Positions 14,317 through 22,818 of a stretch of DNA of 36,033 nucleotides are shown in pieces. The stretch comes from a virus: positions 1 to 36,033 of the IMG/VR virus record IMGVR_UViG_3300045988_125363; one strand, written 5' to 3'. The notes under the pieces were generated by a model. It worked only from the letters and a program-made list of their open reading frames with translations. It was not told the origin of the DNA and did no database searches. Numbering within the stretch: position 1 is the stretch's first letter; each line of letters begins with the position of its first letter. Made by a program: the position numbers and the translations under genes.

Positions 14317-14428
14317 TACCCCTCCCCCTCTCTTAGATAGGCCTCCCCTGGGAAACACCCGGCGGGGTCTTCCAGATGCGGGGGATAGCACAGAAACAAA
14401 AGGACACGATCGGAGGCGAACGCGCGGT

Positions 14429-14779
14429 ATGACAAACCCCAGAAGCGCAAACGGTGCGCTGCGCCGAAAGAATCGGGCGCGGCTGAAGGCAATGGGCGGC
14501 GAATGCGGCATCTGTCACGGTCGGCTCGGGCCAATCCACTATGACGAACCTTCGGATGCAGCGCATCCGCTTTCGTTTGTCGTAGATGAGATCAAGCCTA
14601 TTTCCCGCTGGAAACAGTTCGGCTATCCATCGGCCCGCGCGGCGGCAGAAGACTGGAACAACCTCCAGCCTGCGCACTATTTCTGCAACGCCCAAAAGGG
14701 AAACAAAGTTGCACAAAATCGAGAGAAAAATCCGCCAAGAATCAGAAAAACGCCAAAAATCAGCGATGGGAAATGGTAG
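14429..14779 (+). CDS. Phage HNH endonuclease (packaging-associated type), 116 aa
   Basis: ORF-track 14249..14779 trimmed to ATG 14429. CGICHGRL...VVDEIKPIS...NLQPAHYFCNAQKGNK. Immediately upstream of terS/terL. Confidence 0.85.
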   Translation: MTNPRSANGALRRKNRARLKAMGGECGICHGRLGPIHYDEPSDAAHPLSFVVDEIKPISRWKQFGYPSARAAAEDWNNLQPAHYFCNAQKGNKVAQNREKNPPRIRKTPKISDGKW

Positions 14780-14803
14780 TGGGGAGGGTACCCCCCTCCC
14801 CAC
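14779..14803. repeat. Perfect 10-bp GC-rich inverted repeat GTGGGGAGGG-taccc-CCCTCCCCAC between HNH and terS
   Basis: Seen directly. It begins at the last base of the HNH stop codon and has no T-run after it. Confidence 0.85.
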
Positions 14804-14867
14804 CCCAGGAACCTCCTGCTGTCCAGCGCCGATTTACACACAGGGAAATTTTGAAAGGGGCTAGAGC

Positions 14868-15140
14868 ATGGCAAAAATGAAGACAGTCACTGCAAACGGC
14901 TCCCGGCTGGAACAGCTGCAAAGCCTTGCCAGCGTCCTTGCTGCCAGCATCGACTCCTGCAAGGATTGCCGGGCGCTGCCAGCACTTACGAAGCAGTACC
15001 GCGAGACCATACGCGAAATTGAAGAGATCGAGGGGGCGAAAGACGATGGCGACGAGATCAGCAAAATCCTCACGGAAAGAGAAAGTAGTGGGAAGCCAGG
15101 AGCCGTCCGAAAGAATCGCCCCGTCATATCAGTCGTCTGA
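14868..15140 (+). CDS. terS: Terminase small subunit candidate (90 aa)
   Basis: GAAAGGGG RBS. Positioned directly before terL. LAKQYRETIxEIEEIEG-like segment (ALTKQYRETIREIEEIEG). Confidence 0.6.
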   Translation: MAKMKTVTANGSRLEQLQSLASVLAASIDSCKDCRALPALTKQYRETIREIEEIEGAKDDGDEISKILTERESSGKPGAVRKNRPVISVV

Positions 15141-15144
15141 CGGT

Positions 15145-16485
15145 ATGGACGCCGTCCGCATTCTTCGTGCGGGCGGCATTGTTCTGGATCCTTGGCAAAG
15201 CGACGTCTTGGATGACTGGATGGGGCGCAGCGCCTCCGGCAAGTGGGCGGCTCCATCCTGCGGCGGGTCTGTGCCCCGGCAGAACGGAAAAAGCCTGCTG
15301 GTGCAGGGCCGTGCCGGGGCCGGGATGCTCATGCTCAATGAGACGGTCATCTACACCGCCCACTTGCAAAAAACAGCCACCGAGACCTTTGAGGAAATGC
15401 GGGATTTTTTTGAGAGTCCGAAACTCCGCAAACACGTTGCCGAGATCAAGACCGCCCTGGGCCGTGAGCAAATCATCCTCAAGACCGGGGCACGCATCAA
15501 GTTCTTGGCCCGGACCCGGAACGGCGGACGCGGTCAGCACGGCGACCTTCTCATTTTTGATGAGGCGCAGGAGCTGGATGAAGCGGCGCAGGGCTCTTTT
15601 CTGCCAGCTATTTCGGCCAGCCTTAACCCTCAGACCGTCTATGTGGGCACACCTCCCGGGCCGGACGCTGTGGGGACGGTGTTCCGCAGCCTGCGCCAGC
15701 GGGCACTTGACGGCAAGACCCAAAAGGCGGCGTGGTTCGAGTTTTCGGTGCCGGAGATCGGCGATGTGAAAGACCCAAAACGCTGGGCTGCTACCAACCC
15801 GGCATTGGGCCGCCGCATTCAGCTTTCCACCATCGAGGGCGAAGCCGAACAGATGGACCCGGACACCTTTGCACGGGAACGTCTGGGCTGGTGGAGCCCG
15901 GTAGCATCGGAAAGCCTCGACTATGCCATCGACCGCAAGGCGTGGGCCAAATGCGCCAGCGATGAGCTGAAGCCGGAGGGAAAAACCGCTTACGGCGTCA
16001 AATTTGCGCCGGACGGCAGCAGCGTTTGCCTATGCGGTGCGGTCATCCCGAAAGAGGGCCCTGCCCGTGTGTCTCTAATTGAGATGAGGCCATCCGGGCA
16101 CGGCCTGACCTGGCTGGCCGATTGGCTGAATGAGCGATACAGGAAAGCAGGCTGTGTGGTCATTGATGGCCGGAACGGCGTAGACGTCCTGATCGACCGC
16201 ATCAAAGGCACCTGGAAAGCAAAACCGTCCATCGTCCGCCCCTCTTCCCGCGAGGTCATCGCAGCGGCCAGTGTATTCACAAACAGCATCGCCGAGGGCG
16301 GGCTGACCTGGTACCGTCCTCAGACGGTCCTGAACGAAAGCGCCATCACGGCTACCAAGCGGCCCATCGGAGGCGGCTTTGGTCTGGGCGGCGAAAACAG
16401 CCTGCCCATTGAGGCCTGTGCGCTGGCACTTTGGGGAGCAAAAACCTGCAAACGCGACCCGACGCGCGAAATGCGCATCGGCTGA
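15145..16485 (+). CDS. terL: Terminase large subunit (446 aa)
   Basis: ORF-track 14926..16485 trimmed to ATG 15145. Walker A-like VPRQNGKS and Walker B LLIFDEAQ. C-terminal nuclease-size domain. Confidence 0.9.
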   Translation: MDAVRILRAGGIVLDPWQSDVLDDWMGRSASGKWAAPSCGGSVPRQNGKSLLVQGRAGAGMLMLNETVIYTAHLQKTATETFEEMRDFFESPKLRKHVAEIKTALGREQIILKTGARIKFLARTRNGGRGQHGDLLIFDEAQELDEAAQGSFLPAISASLNPQTVYVGTPPGPDAVGTVFRSLRQRALDGKTQKAAWFEFSVPEIGDVKDPKRWAATNPALGRRIQLSTIEGEAEQMDPDTFARERLGWWSPVASESLDYAIDRKAWAKCASDELKPEGKTAYGVKFAPDGSSVCLCGAVIPKEGPARVSLIEMRPSGHGLTWLADWLNERYRKAGCVVIDGRNGVDVLIDRIKGTWKAKPSIVRPSSREVIAAASVFTNSIAEGGLTWYRPQTVLNESAITATKRPIGGGFGLGGENSLPIEACALALWGAKTCKRDPTREMRIG

Positions 16486-16496
16486 AAGGAAAAAAC

Positions 16497-17906
16497 ATGA
16501 TAAATTTGCAATTCGGCCATGTGAACGGCCTAACGGCCACTGAACAGGCAAACCTTCTTGCGCTGGCCAATGCTCTTGACTATCACCAGAGCCGGAATGC
16601 GACGAAAGATAAGTACTACGAAGGGCATATCACTCTGAACGATGTCAATCTTGGCATCGCACTGCCCAATGACCTGAAGAAGCTGGATGCTGGGTGCAAC
16701 TGGGGACAAAAGGCCGTTGATGTTCTGGCGGCGCGCAGTATGTTCGACGGTTTCGTCGGCAGCGGCGGGAACATCGACGGGCTTTCCCGAATTGTTGAAA
16801 ACAACCGCCTTGTGGCCGAGTACGCAAAAGCTTGCCGGGATGAGCTTAAGTATGGCTGTGTTTTCGCCACCTTGTCTGCGGACGACGCCATGGGGTGCAA
16901 AATTCGTTTCCACTCTCCCGGCTTTGCCTCGGCACTTTGGAACGGGAAAAAAGGACGCATCGACTGCGGCATGGCCATCATGGACACGGTAAAGGACGAA
17001 TCCAACAAGGACAAATGGATCCCGTCCATTGTAAATTTGTACACAGACACAGACATTATTGTGCTGACTCGCACGGGAAGCCAGTGGAGTGCAAAGCGGC
17101 ACACGCACAAGATGGGCCGCCCGTTGATGGAGCCGATGATCTGGAACGCCACCAGCGACAAGCCTTTCGGGCGCAGCCGCCTTAAAAAAGCCATTCGCGC
17201 CCTGATTGACGACTATGTGCGTACCGTGGCAAACGCTACCATTGCGCTGGAGTTTGATACTACGCCCCAAAAATATATCCTCGGCGTGACAGACGCACAG
17301 TTTGACGCCATCACATCGGACAAATTCAAGCAGTACATGGGCTCTATCCTTGCTGCCACGACCAACCCCGACACGGGTGAAAATCCCGTTTTTGGGCAGT
17401 TGGCACAGGGCAGCCTGACCCCTCATGTGGAAAAGATGAGGATGACGGCCACACAGTTTGCGGCAGCCACAGGCCTAACCATCACCGACGTGGGCGTGAT
17501 AAACGACGCAAACCCCACCAGCAGCGACGCCATTCTGGCCCAGAGCCAGACTCTGGTGCTGATGGCACAGCAGCTGAACACCAGCAACGGCGACGCTCTG
17601 CGGACCATCGCCTGCATGGCGCAGGCTATTGCCCGAAATGTGACGCTGGAAGAGCTGACCGATGAAGAGCGCAGCATCATGGCCCACTTCAAAAATCCGG
17701 CCATGCCCAGCGTGGCCGTCACGGCAGATGCAGCCATTAAAATCGCCTCTGCGCGGCAGGAGTTTGCCAGCACAGACGTTTTTTTGGAAATGCTGGGCTT
17801 TGACCAGGCCGATATCCGGCGCATCAAAGCGCAGGAGCAGCGGGTGCGCGGCCAGCGGGTACTGATGGAGGAAGAAAATGAAACTGTCGGCGAAAGCGTG
17901 GAATGA
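16497..17906 (+). CDS. Portal protein (SPP1 gp6-like), 469 aa
   Basis: ORF-track 16431..17906 trimmed to ATG 16497 (GAAAGGAAAAAAC RBS). Size and position follow terL. KDKYYEGH motif. Confidence 0.85.
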   Translation: MINLQFGHVNGLTATEQANLLALANALDYHQSRNATKDKYYEGHITLNDVNLGIALPNDLKKLDAGCNWGQKAVDVLAARSMFDGFVGSGGNIDGLSRIVENNRLVAEYAKACRDELKYGCVFATLSADDAMGCKIRFHSPGFASALWNGKKGRIDCGMAIMDTVKDESNKDKWIPSIVNLYTDTDIIVLTRTGSQWSAKRHTHKMGRPLMEPMIWNATSDKPFGRSRLKKAIRALIDDYVRTVANATIALEFDTTPQKYILGVTDAQFDAITSDKFKQYMGSILAATTNPDTGENPVFGQLAQGSLTPHVEKMRMTATQFAAATGLTITDVGVINDANPTSSDAILAQSQTLVLMAQQLNTSNGDALRTIACMAQAIARNVTLEELTDEERSIMAHFKNPAMPSVAVTADAAIKIASARQEFASTDVFLEMLGFDQADIRRIKAQEQRVRGQRVLMEEENETVGESVE

Positions 17907-18594
17907 TTACGTTGTCCGGCTTTCCCGGCTGAACCGAAAGGCCGGACAGCTGATGAAAGATTACATCGACCGCCACGGTATGGAGGACGCGGACGCGCTC
18001 ATCGCATACGCCAATGCGCTGGTTACGAAATACGGCGAAGGCAGCGCCGAGCTTGCCGCCCAGATGTACGACGCCATGGCCGCTGCGGAGGGCGTCACTG
18101 TTCCGGCAGCAGTCCCTGCCGCCACCGCCAGCTACGACGAAGTAGCTCAGATGGTATATGGGACCCAAAACAGCCCGCCGCTGATGCAGGGCGGCGTAAG
18201 CCGCCTTGTGAAGCAGGCCGGAGCCGACACCACGCTCCAAAACGCCCGGCGGGATGGAGCCGAATGGGCATGGATCCCCAATGGCGACACCTGCGCCTTT
18301 TGCATCACACTGGCCTCCCGCGGCTGGCAGAAAGCTTCCTCCAAGGCCCTGAAAGGAGGCCACGCCCAGCACATCCACGCCCATTGCAATTGCGAGTATG
18401 CCATCCGATTCAGCCACAACACCACCGTAGCCGGATATGATCCAGACAAATACCTCAAGCAGTACCGGGATGCTGGCGGCAACATCAACGCCATGCGCCG
18501 GGCCAACTATGCAGAAAACAAGGACGCCATCAACGCCCAGAAACGAGCCGCGTATGCGGCGAGAGTCCAAAACGATACCAAAGAGCAGAGCTGA
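17878..18594 (+). CDS. Minor head / head-morphogenesis protein (SPP1 gp7 / Mu F-like)
   Basis: GGAGGAAG RBS. WIPNGDTCAFCITLASRGW motif. Follows the portal gene. Confidence 0.75.
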   Translation: MKLSAKAWNDYVVRLSRLNRKAGQLMKDYIDRHGMEDADALIAYANALVTKYGEGSAELAAQMYDAMAAAEGVTVPAAVPAATASYDEVAQMVYGTQNSPPLMQGGVSRLVKQAGADTTLQNARRDGAEWAWIPNGDTCAFCITLASRGWQKASSKALKGGHAQHIHAHCNCEYAIRFSHNTTVAGYDPDKYLKQYRDAGGNINAMRRANYAENKDAINAQKRAAYAARVQNDTKEQS

Positions 18595-18614
18595 TTTTCG
18601 GCTCTGCCTTTTTC
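18585..18614 (+). terminator. Terminator-like hairpin overlapping the stop of the minor head gene
   Basis: gcagagc-N9-gctctgc followed by CTTTTTC. Confidence 0.5.
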
Positions 18615-18769
18615 ATGCCCATTTTGCCCGCATGAGGACGGAATGGGCTCCATAGCGGTGGGCGGCGCGTACCCCGCCTGAAAAATTGCCTGACCATTGC
18701 GGAGTGAGAACCGCGTGACCAAACTGGAGCTTCAGGCTGCAATTTCACAATTTGAAAGGAGTTTCCATC

Positions 18770-19318
18770 ATGAAACGTGAAGACGTGAAGAACAAGATCC
18801 CCGGCATTACTGAGGAGCAGCTGAACTGGCTGATGAGCGAGAACGGCAACGACATCAACCGCGAAAAGACCGCTGCTGCCCAGTACAAGACACAGCTGGA
18901 AAACGCTCAGGCTCAGCTGAAGACCGCTCAGGACGGCCTTGCCAAGTTTGACGGCAAAAAGACCCCGGAAGAGTACGAAGCCGAGATGACTAAGCTCCAG
19001 AACGATATGAAGGCGCAGGCCGATGGCTTTGAGTTTGATACCGCTCTGAACACTGCAATTTTCGGCAAGAAGGGCCGCAGCGTGAAAGCTGTCCGTGCCC
19101 TGCTGGACCTGGATGCACTCAAAGGCTCCAAGGACCGCTCCACCGATATTGCCAAAGCTCTGGATGAGGCCGTAAAAGCAAATCCGTGGGCCTTTGGCGA
19201 CGCTCAGGGTGCCGGGTATCCCAATGTGGACGATGGCGGAGACCCCTCTCACAAGGTAACTGGTTCCACCAGTGAGCAATTCGTTGACTGGTTCAACCAG
19301 GTCACTCACAACAACTAA
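18770..19318 (+). CDS. Scaffolding protein (GP20-like), 182 aa
   Basis: AAAGGAG RBS. Coiled, acidic. MKREDVKNKIPGITEEQLNWLMSENGNDINREK. Directly upstream of the capsid gene. Confidence 0.7.
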   Translation: MKREDVKNKIPGITEEQLNWLMSENGNDINREKTAAAQYKTQLENAQAQLKTAQDGLAKFDGKKTPEEYEAEMTKLQNDMKAQADGFEFDTALNTAIFGKKGRSVKAVRALLDLDALKGSKDRSTDIAKALDEAVKANPWAFGDAQGAGYPNVDDGGDPSHKVTGSTSEQFVDWFNQVTHNN

Positions 19319-19332
19319 AGGAGATTTTTATT

Positions 19333-20208
19333 ATGGCTGTTGACATCAACCGCACCACGTCCATTTCCCTGCCCGGCAAAGTTTCCAGCGAAATTCTTCA
19401 GAAGACGCAGGAAAGCTCGGCCATCATGATGCTGGCCCGCCAGATCAAGCTGCCGGGTCTCGGCGTTACCATCCCCGTCATCACGGGCGACCCCGAGGCC
19501 GCATGGGTGAATGAGACCGACAAGAAGCCCGTCAAGCGTGGCACCATGACCACGAAGCAGATGACCCCGTACACCCTGGCGGTCATCGTGCCTTTCTCCA
19601 ACCAGTTCAAGCGCGACATCCCCAGCCTGTACGAAGAGCTGAAGAAGCGCCTGCCTCTGGCACTGGCCAAAAAGTTTGACGCCACCGTTTTTGGCGCCGT
19701 GGATGCTCCCGGCTCCAATTTTGACACCCTGAAGGACTGCACGGCACAGGAGATCGGCACCAACACCTACAACGGTCTGGTGGCTGCGGACGCCGACATT
19801 GCAGATCATGACGGCATCCTGAACGGCTTTGTTATTTCCCCCAAAGGCAAATCCATCCTGCTGAGCGCCGTGGACGGCAACAAGCGGCCCCTGTTCATCA
19901 ACAGCGTCGCCGAGGGCGCGGTGCCCATGATCCTGGGCGCACGCACTTACCAGAGCAAAGCTGCTTACATTGCGGACGCAACTGCTGCCAAGAAAAACGT
20001 CGTCGGTTTTGCGGGTGACTGGACGCAGGCCATGTACGGCACCGTGGAAGGCGTGCAGATTTCCATTTCGGATCAGGCCACCCTGACCGATGGCAGCAAT
20101 ACCATCAACCTGTTCCAGCAGAATATGTTTGCCGTCCGCGCCGAGATCGAGGTGGGCTTCCGCTGCGACACCAGCGTTTTCAACAAACTGACCAAGACCG
20201 ACGCCTAA
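19333..20208 (+). CDS. Major capsid protein (HK97-fold type), 291 aa
   Basis: AAAGGAG RBS. Position after the scaffold gene, and appropriate size and composition. Confidence 0.85.
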   Translation: MAVDINRTTSISLPGKVSSEILQKTQESSAIMMLARQIKLPGLGVTIPVITGDPEAAWVNETDKKPVKRGTMTTKQMTPYTLAVIVPFSNQFKRDIPSLYEELKKRLPLALAKKFDATVFGAVDAPGSNFDTLKDCTAQEIGTNTYNGLVAADADIADHDGILNGFVISPKGKSILLSAVDGNKRPLFINSVAEGAVPMILGARTYQSKAAYIADATAAKKNVVGFAGDWTQAMYGTVEGVQISISDQATLTDGSNTINLFQQNMFAVRAEIEVGFRCDTSVFNKLTKTDA

Positions 20209-20226
20209 CAGACCGGGGGTGACACC

Positions 20227-20604
20227 ATGAGCTACGCAACCGTGGAGGACGTGGAGGCGGGCTTCCGCACACTCTCCGAGGATGAGAAGCCCAAATGCAG
20301 CGCCCTGCTGGATGAAGCAGCCCTCATCATCGACTCCTACAACAAGGACGCCCAGGAAGACGCCAAGAAAGTGGTCTCCTGCCGGATGGTGCGCCGCCAG
20401 CTGTACGACGGCGATGCAGGCGGCGTCACCTACCCCATGGGGGCCACGCAGGGCACCGCGTCGGCGCTGGGGTATTCCCAGTCCTGGACGATGGGCGGCG
20501 GCTCCTCCGGCGAGCTGTATCTTTCCAAACTCGAAAAGAAGCTGCTGGGAGTCGGTGACAAAATCGGCTCTCGCAGCCCTCTGGAGGGTCTGTGCAATGC
20601 TTAA
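20227..20604 (+). CDS. Head-tail connector (gp6-like)
   Basis: MSYATVEDVEAGFRTLSEDEKPKCSALLDEAALIIDSY matches the typical connector N-terminus pattern. Confidence 0.6.
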   Translation: MSYATVEDVEAGFRTLSEDEKPKCSALLDEAALIIDSYNKDAQEDAKKVVSCRMVRRQLYDGDAGGVTYPMGATQGTASALGYSQSWTMGGGSSGELYLSKLEKKLLGVGDKIGSRSPLEGLCNA

Positions 20605-20929
20605 AGGCATCGACGTCATTCTTTACGTCAAAACCAAAACGGGCGAAAATGAGGCCCGAGAGCCGCTCTACAGCGAAACGGCGGAAACCGTCCACAACGT
20701 GCTCGTTGGCGAGCCCTCCACGGAGGACGTAGTTTCGGAGCTGCAACTCAACGGCCATCATCTGGCCTATGTGCTGGCCCTGCCCAAAGGCGACACCCAC
20801 GACTGGGACGACGTCCGGGTCTCGTTCTTCGGGCAGGATTTCCGCACTTACGGCGCGCCCACTCAGGGCATCGACCATCTCATCCCCATGCGATGGAACA
20901 AGAAAGTGAAGGTGGAGCGGTATGGGTAA
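20597..20929 (+). CDS. Head-closure / head-tail adaptor candidate (110 aa)
   Basis: ORF-track 20282..20929 trimmed to ATG 20597, overlapping the previous gene end. Assigned by position. Confidence 0.5.
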   Translation: MLKGIDVILYVKTKTGENEAREPLYSETAETVHNVLVGEPSTEDVVSELQLNGHHLAYVLALPKGDTHDWDDVRVSFFGQDFRTYGAPTQGIDHLIPMRWNKKVKVERYG

Positions 20930-21158
20930 CGTCAAGATCAAGCTGAACAGCTCCGGCGTGCGCAAGCTGCTGCGGAGCGAGGAAATGAAAAACGGGCTGA
21001 ACAAGATCGCTTTCTCAGCCCAGAGCCGTCTCGGCGAAGGATACGAGGCCACCTACTACACCGAAAAGACTCGCGCTGTGGCAAAGGTGACGGCTGTGTC
21101 GCCGAAAGCCATCAAAGAAAACAGCGAAACCAACTCCATTTTGAAGGCACTGAAATGA
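20922..21158 (+). CDS. Neck/tail-completion protein candidate (78 aa)
   Basis: Overlapping start/stop chain within the head-tail joining block. Confidence 0.4.
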   Translation: MGNVKIKLNSSGVRKLLRSEEMKNGLNKIAFSAQSRLGEGYEATYYTEKTRAVAKVTAVSPKAIKENSETNSILKALK

Positions 21159-21493
21159 TCGAACGAATTTTGCAGGACTACCTGACCGAAAACGCATTTC
21201 CCTGCTACCTGTCCATGCCGGAGCGCCCCTCCGGCAATTTTTGTATCCTCCAGAAGACAGGCTCGGATCTGAACGACGGCCTTTTTTCCGCCACGATGGC
21301 GGTGCAGTCTTACGGCAAAACCAAGTTTGCATCGGCGCAGATGAACCACCAAGTCGTGCAGGTGATGCTGGACGCGGCCGCTCTGCCCCAGATTTCTGCC
21401 TGTGACCTTGTGACGGACTACGATTTCCCGGACGTCACCCGAAAGCTGCCCCGCTATCAAGCGATTTTTAACGTGACCTATTACGACGATTAG
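21155..21493 (+). CDS. Tail terminator / completion protein candidate (112 aa)
   Basis: Position immediately before the major tail protein. Confidence 0.4.
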   Translation: MIERILQDYLTENAFPCYLSMPERPSGNFCILQKTGSDLNDGLFSATMAVQSYGKTKFASAQMNHQVVQVMLDAAALPQISACDLVTDYDFPDVTRKLPRYQAIFNVTYYDD

Positions 21494-21506
21494 AGAGGAG
21501 ATTATT

Positions 21507-22175
21507 ATGGCAAACGCAAAAAATGTTACCGCTGCAAAGCCCAAAGTGGGCGGTGCAGTTTTCCGCGCCCCTCTTGGCACCCAGCTGCCCACGGACTCTA
21601 CCACGGCGCTGAATGAGGCTTTCAAGTCTTTGGGCTACATTTCCAAGGATGGCCTTACCAACTCCAACAGCCCCTCCAACACCAGCGAATCCGCATGGGG
21701 CGGCGACACCGTGCTGAACACCCAGGGCGAAAAGGCCGACACCTTCAAATTTACCCTCATCGAGGCCACCAACGTGGAGGTCCTCAAAACAGTGTATGGT
21801 GACGAAAATGTCAAGGGCGATCTGACCACAGGCATTTCCGTCCAGTCCAACGCGGAGGAAAACGTCCCGTGCAGCTGGGTGGTGGAAATGCTGCTGAAGA
21901 ACAACACCAAAAAGCGCGTCGTCATCCCCAATGCAGCCGTGACGGAGGTGGGCGATATCACCTACGCCGACAACAGCGCTGTGGGCTATGAGACCACCGT
22001 TTCCGCTGTGCCGGATGATAAGGGCCAGACCCACTACGAGTACATCATGGCTGCTGCCGCAGCCAAGGAACTGAGCCAGCCTGAAAACGAACAGGCTGCC
22101 GCTGCCAAGGAACTGAGCCAGTCTGAAAACGAACAGACTGCCGCTGTCACTGAGAGCAAAGGAGATAAGGCATGA
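21507..22175 (+). CDS. Major tail protein (222 aa) with a duplicated C-terminal 14-aa unit
   Basis: AGAGAGGAG RBS. Position before the chaperone pair. N-terminal AKPKVGGAVFRAPLGT pattern. Confidence 0.75.
   Translation: MANAKNVTAAKPKVGGAVFRAPLGTQLPTDSTTALNEAFKSLGYISKDGLTNSNSPSNTSESAWGGDTVLNTQGEKADTFKFTLIEATNVEVLKTVYGDENVKGDLTTGISVQSNAEENVPCSWVVEMLLKNNTKKRVVIPNAAVTEVGDITYADNSAVGYETTVSAVPDDKGQTHYEYIMAAAAAKELSQPENEQAAAAKELSQSENEQTAAVTESKGDKA
22053..22136 (+). repeat. 42-bp tandem duplication (x2) encoding AAAAKELSQ(P/S)ENEQ
   Basis: Units at 22053..22094 and 22095..22136, compared codon by codon. Confidence 0.9.
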
Positions 22176-22450
22176 TCGCAAAGATGAATGATGGTTTTGA
22201 GCTGGATCTGGATGAGACCGCTCTGGACGATATGGAACTTCTGGAGGACTTTGCCGCCATGGACGGCGGCAACGCCTACGCCATGCCTTCGGCTGTGAAG
22301 CGGCTGCTGGGCGAGGAAAACAAGAAAAAGCTGTATGACCACCTGCGGAACGAGAAGGGCCGCGTCTCCACCACGGCGGTGGGCGCTGCACTCTCTGAGC
22401 TGATGCAGTCCATGAAGGCCGGAAAAAACTCCTCTGCCTCGCCGACCTGA
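22172..22450 (+). CDS. Tail assembly chaperone (gpG-like), 92 aa
   Basis: Acidic small protein between the major tail protein and the tape measure. ATGA overlap with the upstream gene. Confidence 0.7.
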   Translation: MIAKMNDGFELDLDETALDDMELLEDFAAMDGGNAYAMPSAVKRLLGEENKKKLYDHLRNEKGRVSTTAVGAALSELMQSMKAGKNSSASPT

Positions 22451-22818
22451 TCGCATCGGATGAGGACGCACTGATTTGCGATTTTGCCCAGTACTACCAT
22501 GTACTGGACTGGCGCAGCATCCCGGTGCGCCTTGCGGCCACGCTGGCCGCAGGGCTGCCGCCGGAAAGCCGCAGCCGGATGCGCTTTGCCGGACAAGAGG
22601 TCCCGATGGAGACCCAAATGCAGGCGGCCATGGTGGACAGCCTGCGGCATATCAGCTGGGAAATGAGCGGACGCCCGGGAGAGCACCCCGCCTCTCTGCT
22701 GGCGGCCATGGTGGGCGAGGATGCAGAGGCCGACGGCGGCCTGGTACAGAGCTTTGACAGCCCGGAAGAGTACGAGGCTGCCATGCGTGCGGCGGAAGGA
22801 GGTGTAAGCTGTGGCTGA
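22172..22818 (+). CDS. Tail assembly chaperone -1 frameshift fusion (gpGT-like)
   Basis: The -1 frame is open from 22399 to 22818 and reads ...KKLLCLADLIASDEDALICDFAQYYHVLDWRSIP...; it has no start codon/RBS near its 5' end (first ATG at 22525). Confidence 0.65.
22423..22429 (+). promoter_or_regulatory. Slippery heptamer A_AAA_AAC for a -1 programmed frameshift
   Basis: The zero frame reads GGA AAA AAC. The heptamer lies 21 nt before the gpG stop. Confidence 0.65.

Noticed and set aside
14249-14428. Upstream extension of the HNH ORF to 14249
   Set aside because: It would translate the two terminator hairpins and a polypyrimidine tract. The HNH-like sequence starts at ATG 14429.
7668-17426. 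Other long antisense or alternative-frame ORFs in the early/packaging regions (7668..8483, 8791..9435, 8909..9571, 10274..11272, 11600..12220, 12930..13751, 15124..15723, 16530..17426, 17824..18570)
   Set aside because: Same reasoning. Each overlaps a sense gene with recognisable motifs (NinB, SSB, ParA, ParB, terL, portal), and their translations look like GC-driven open frames.
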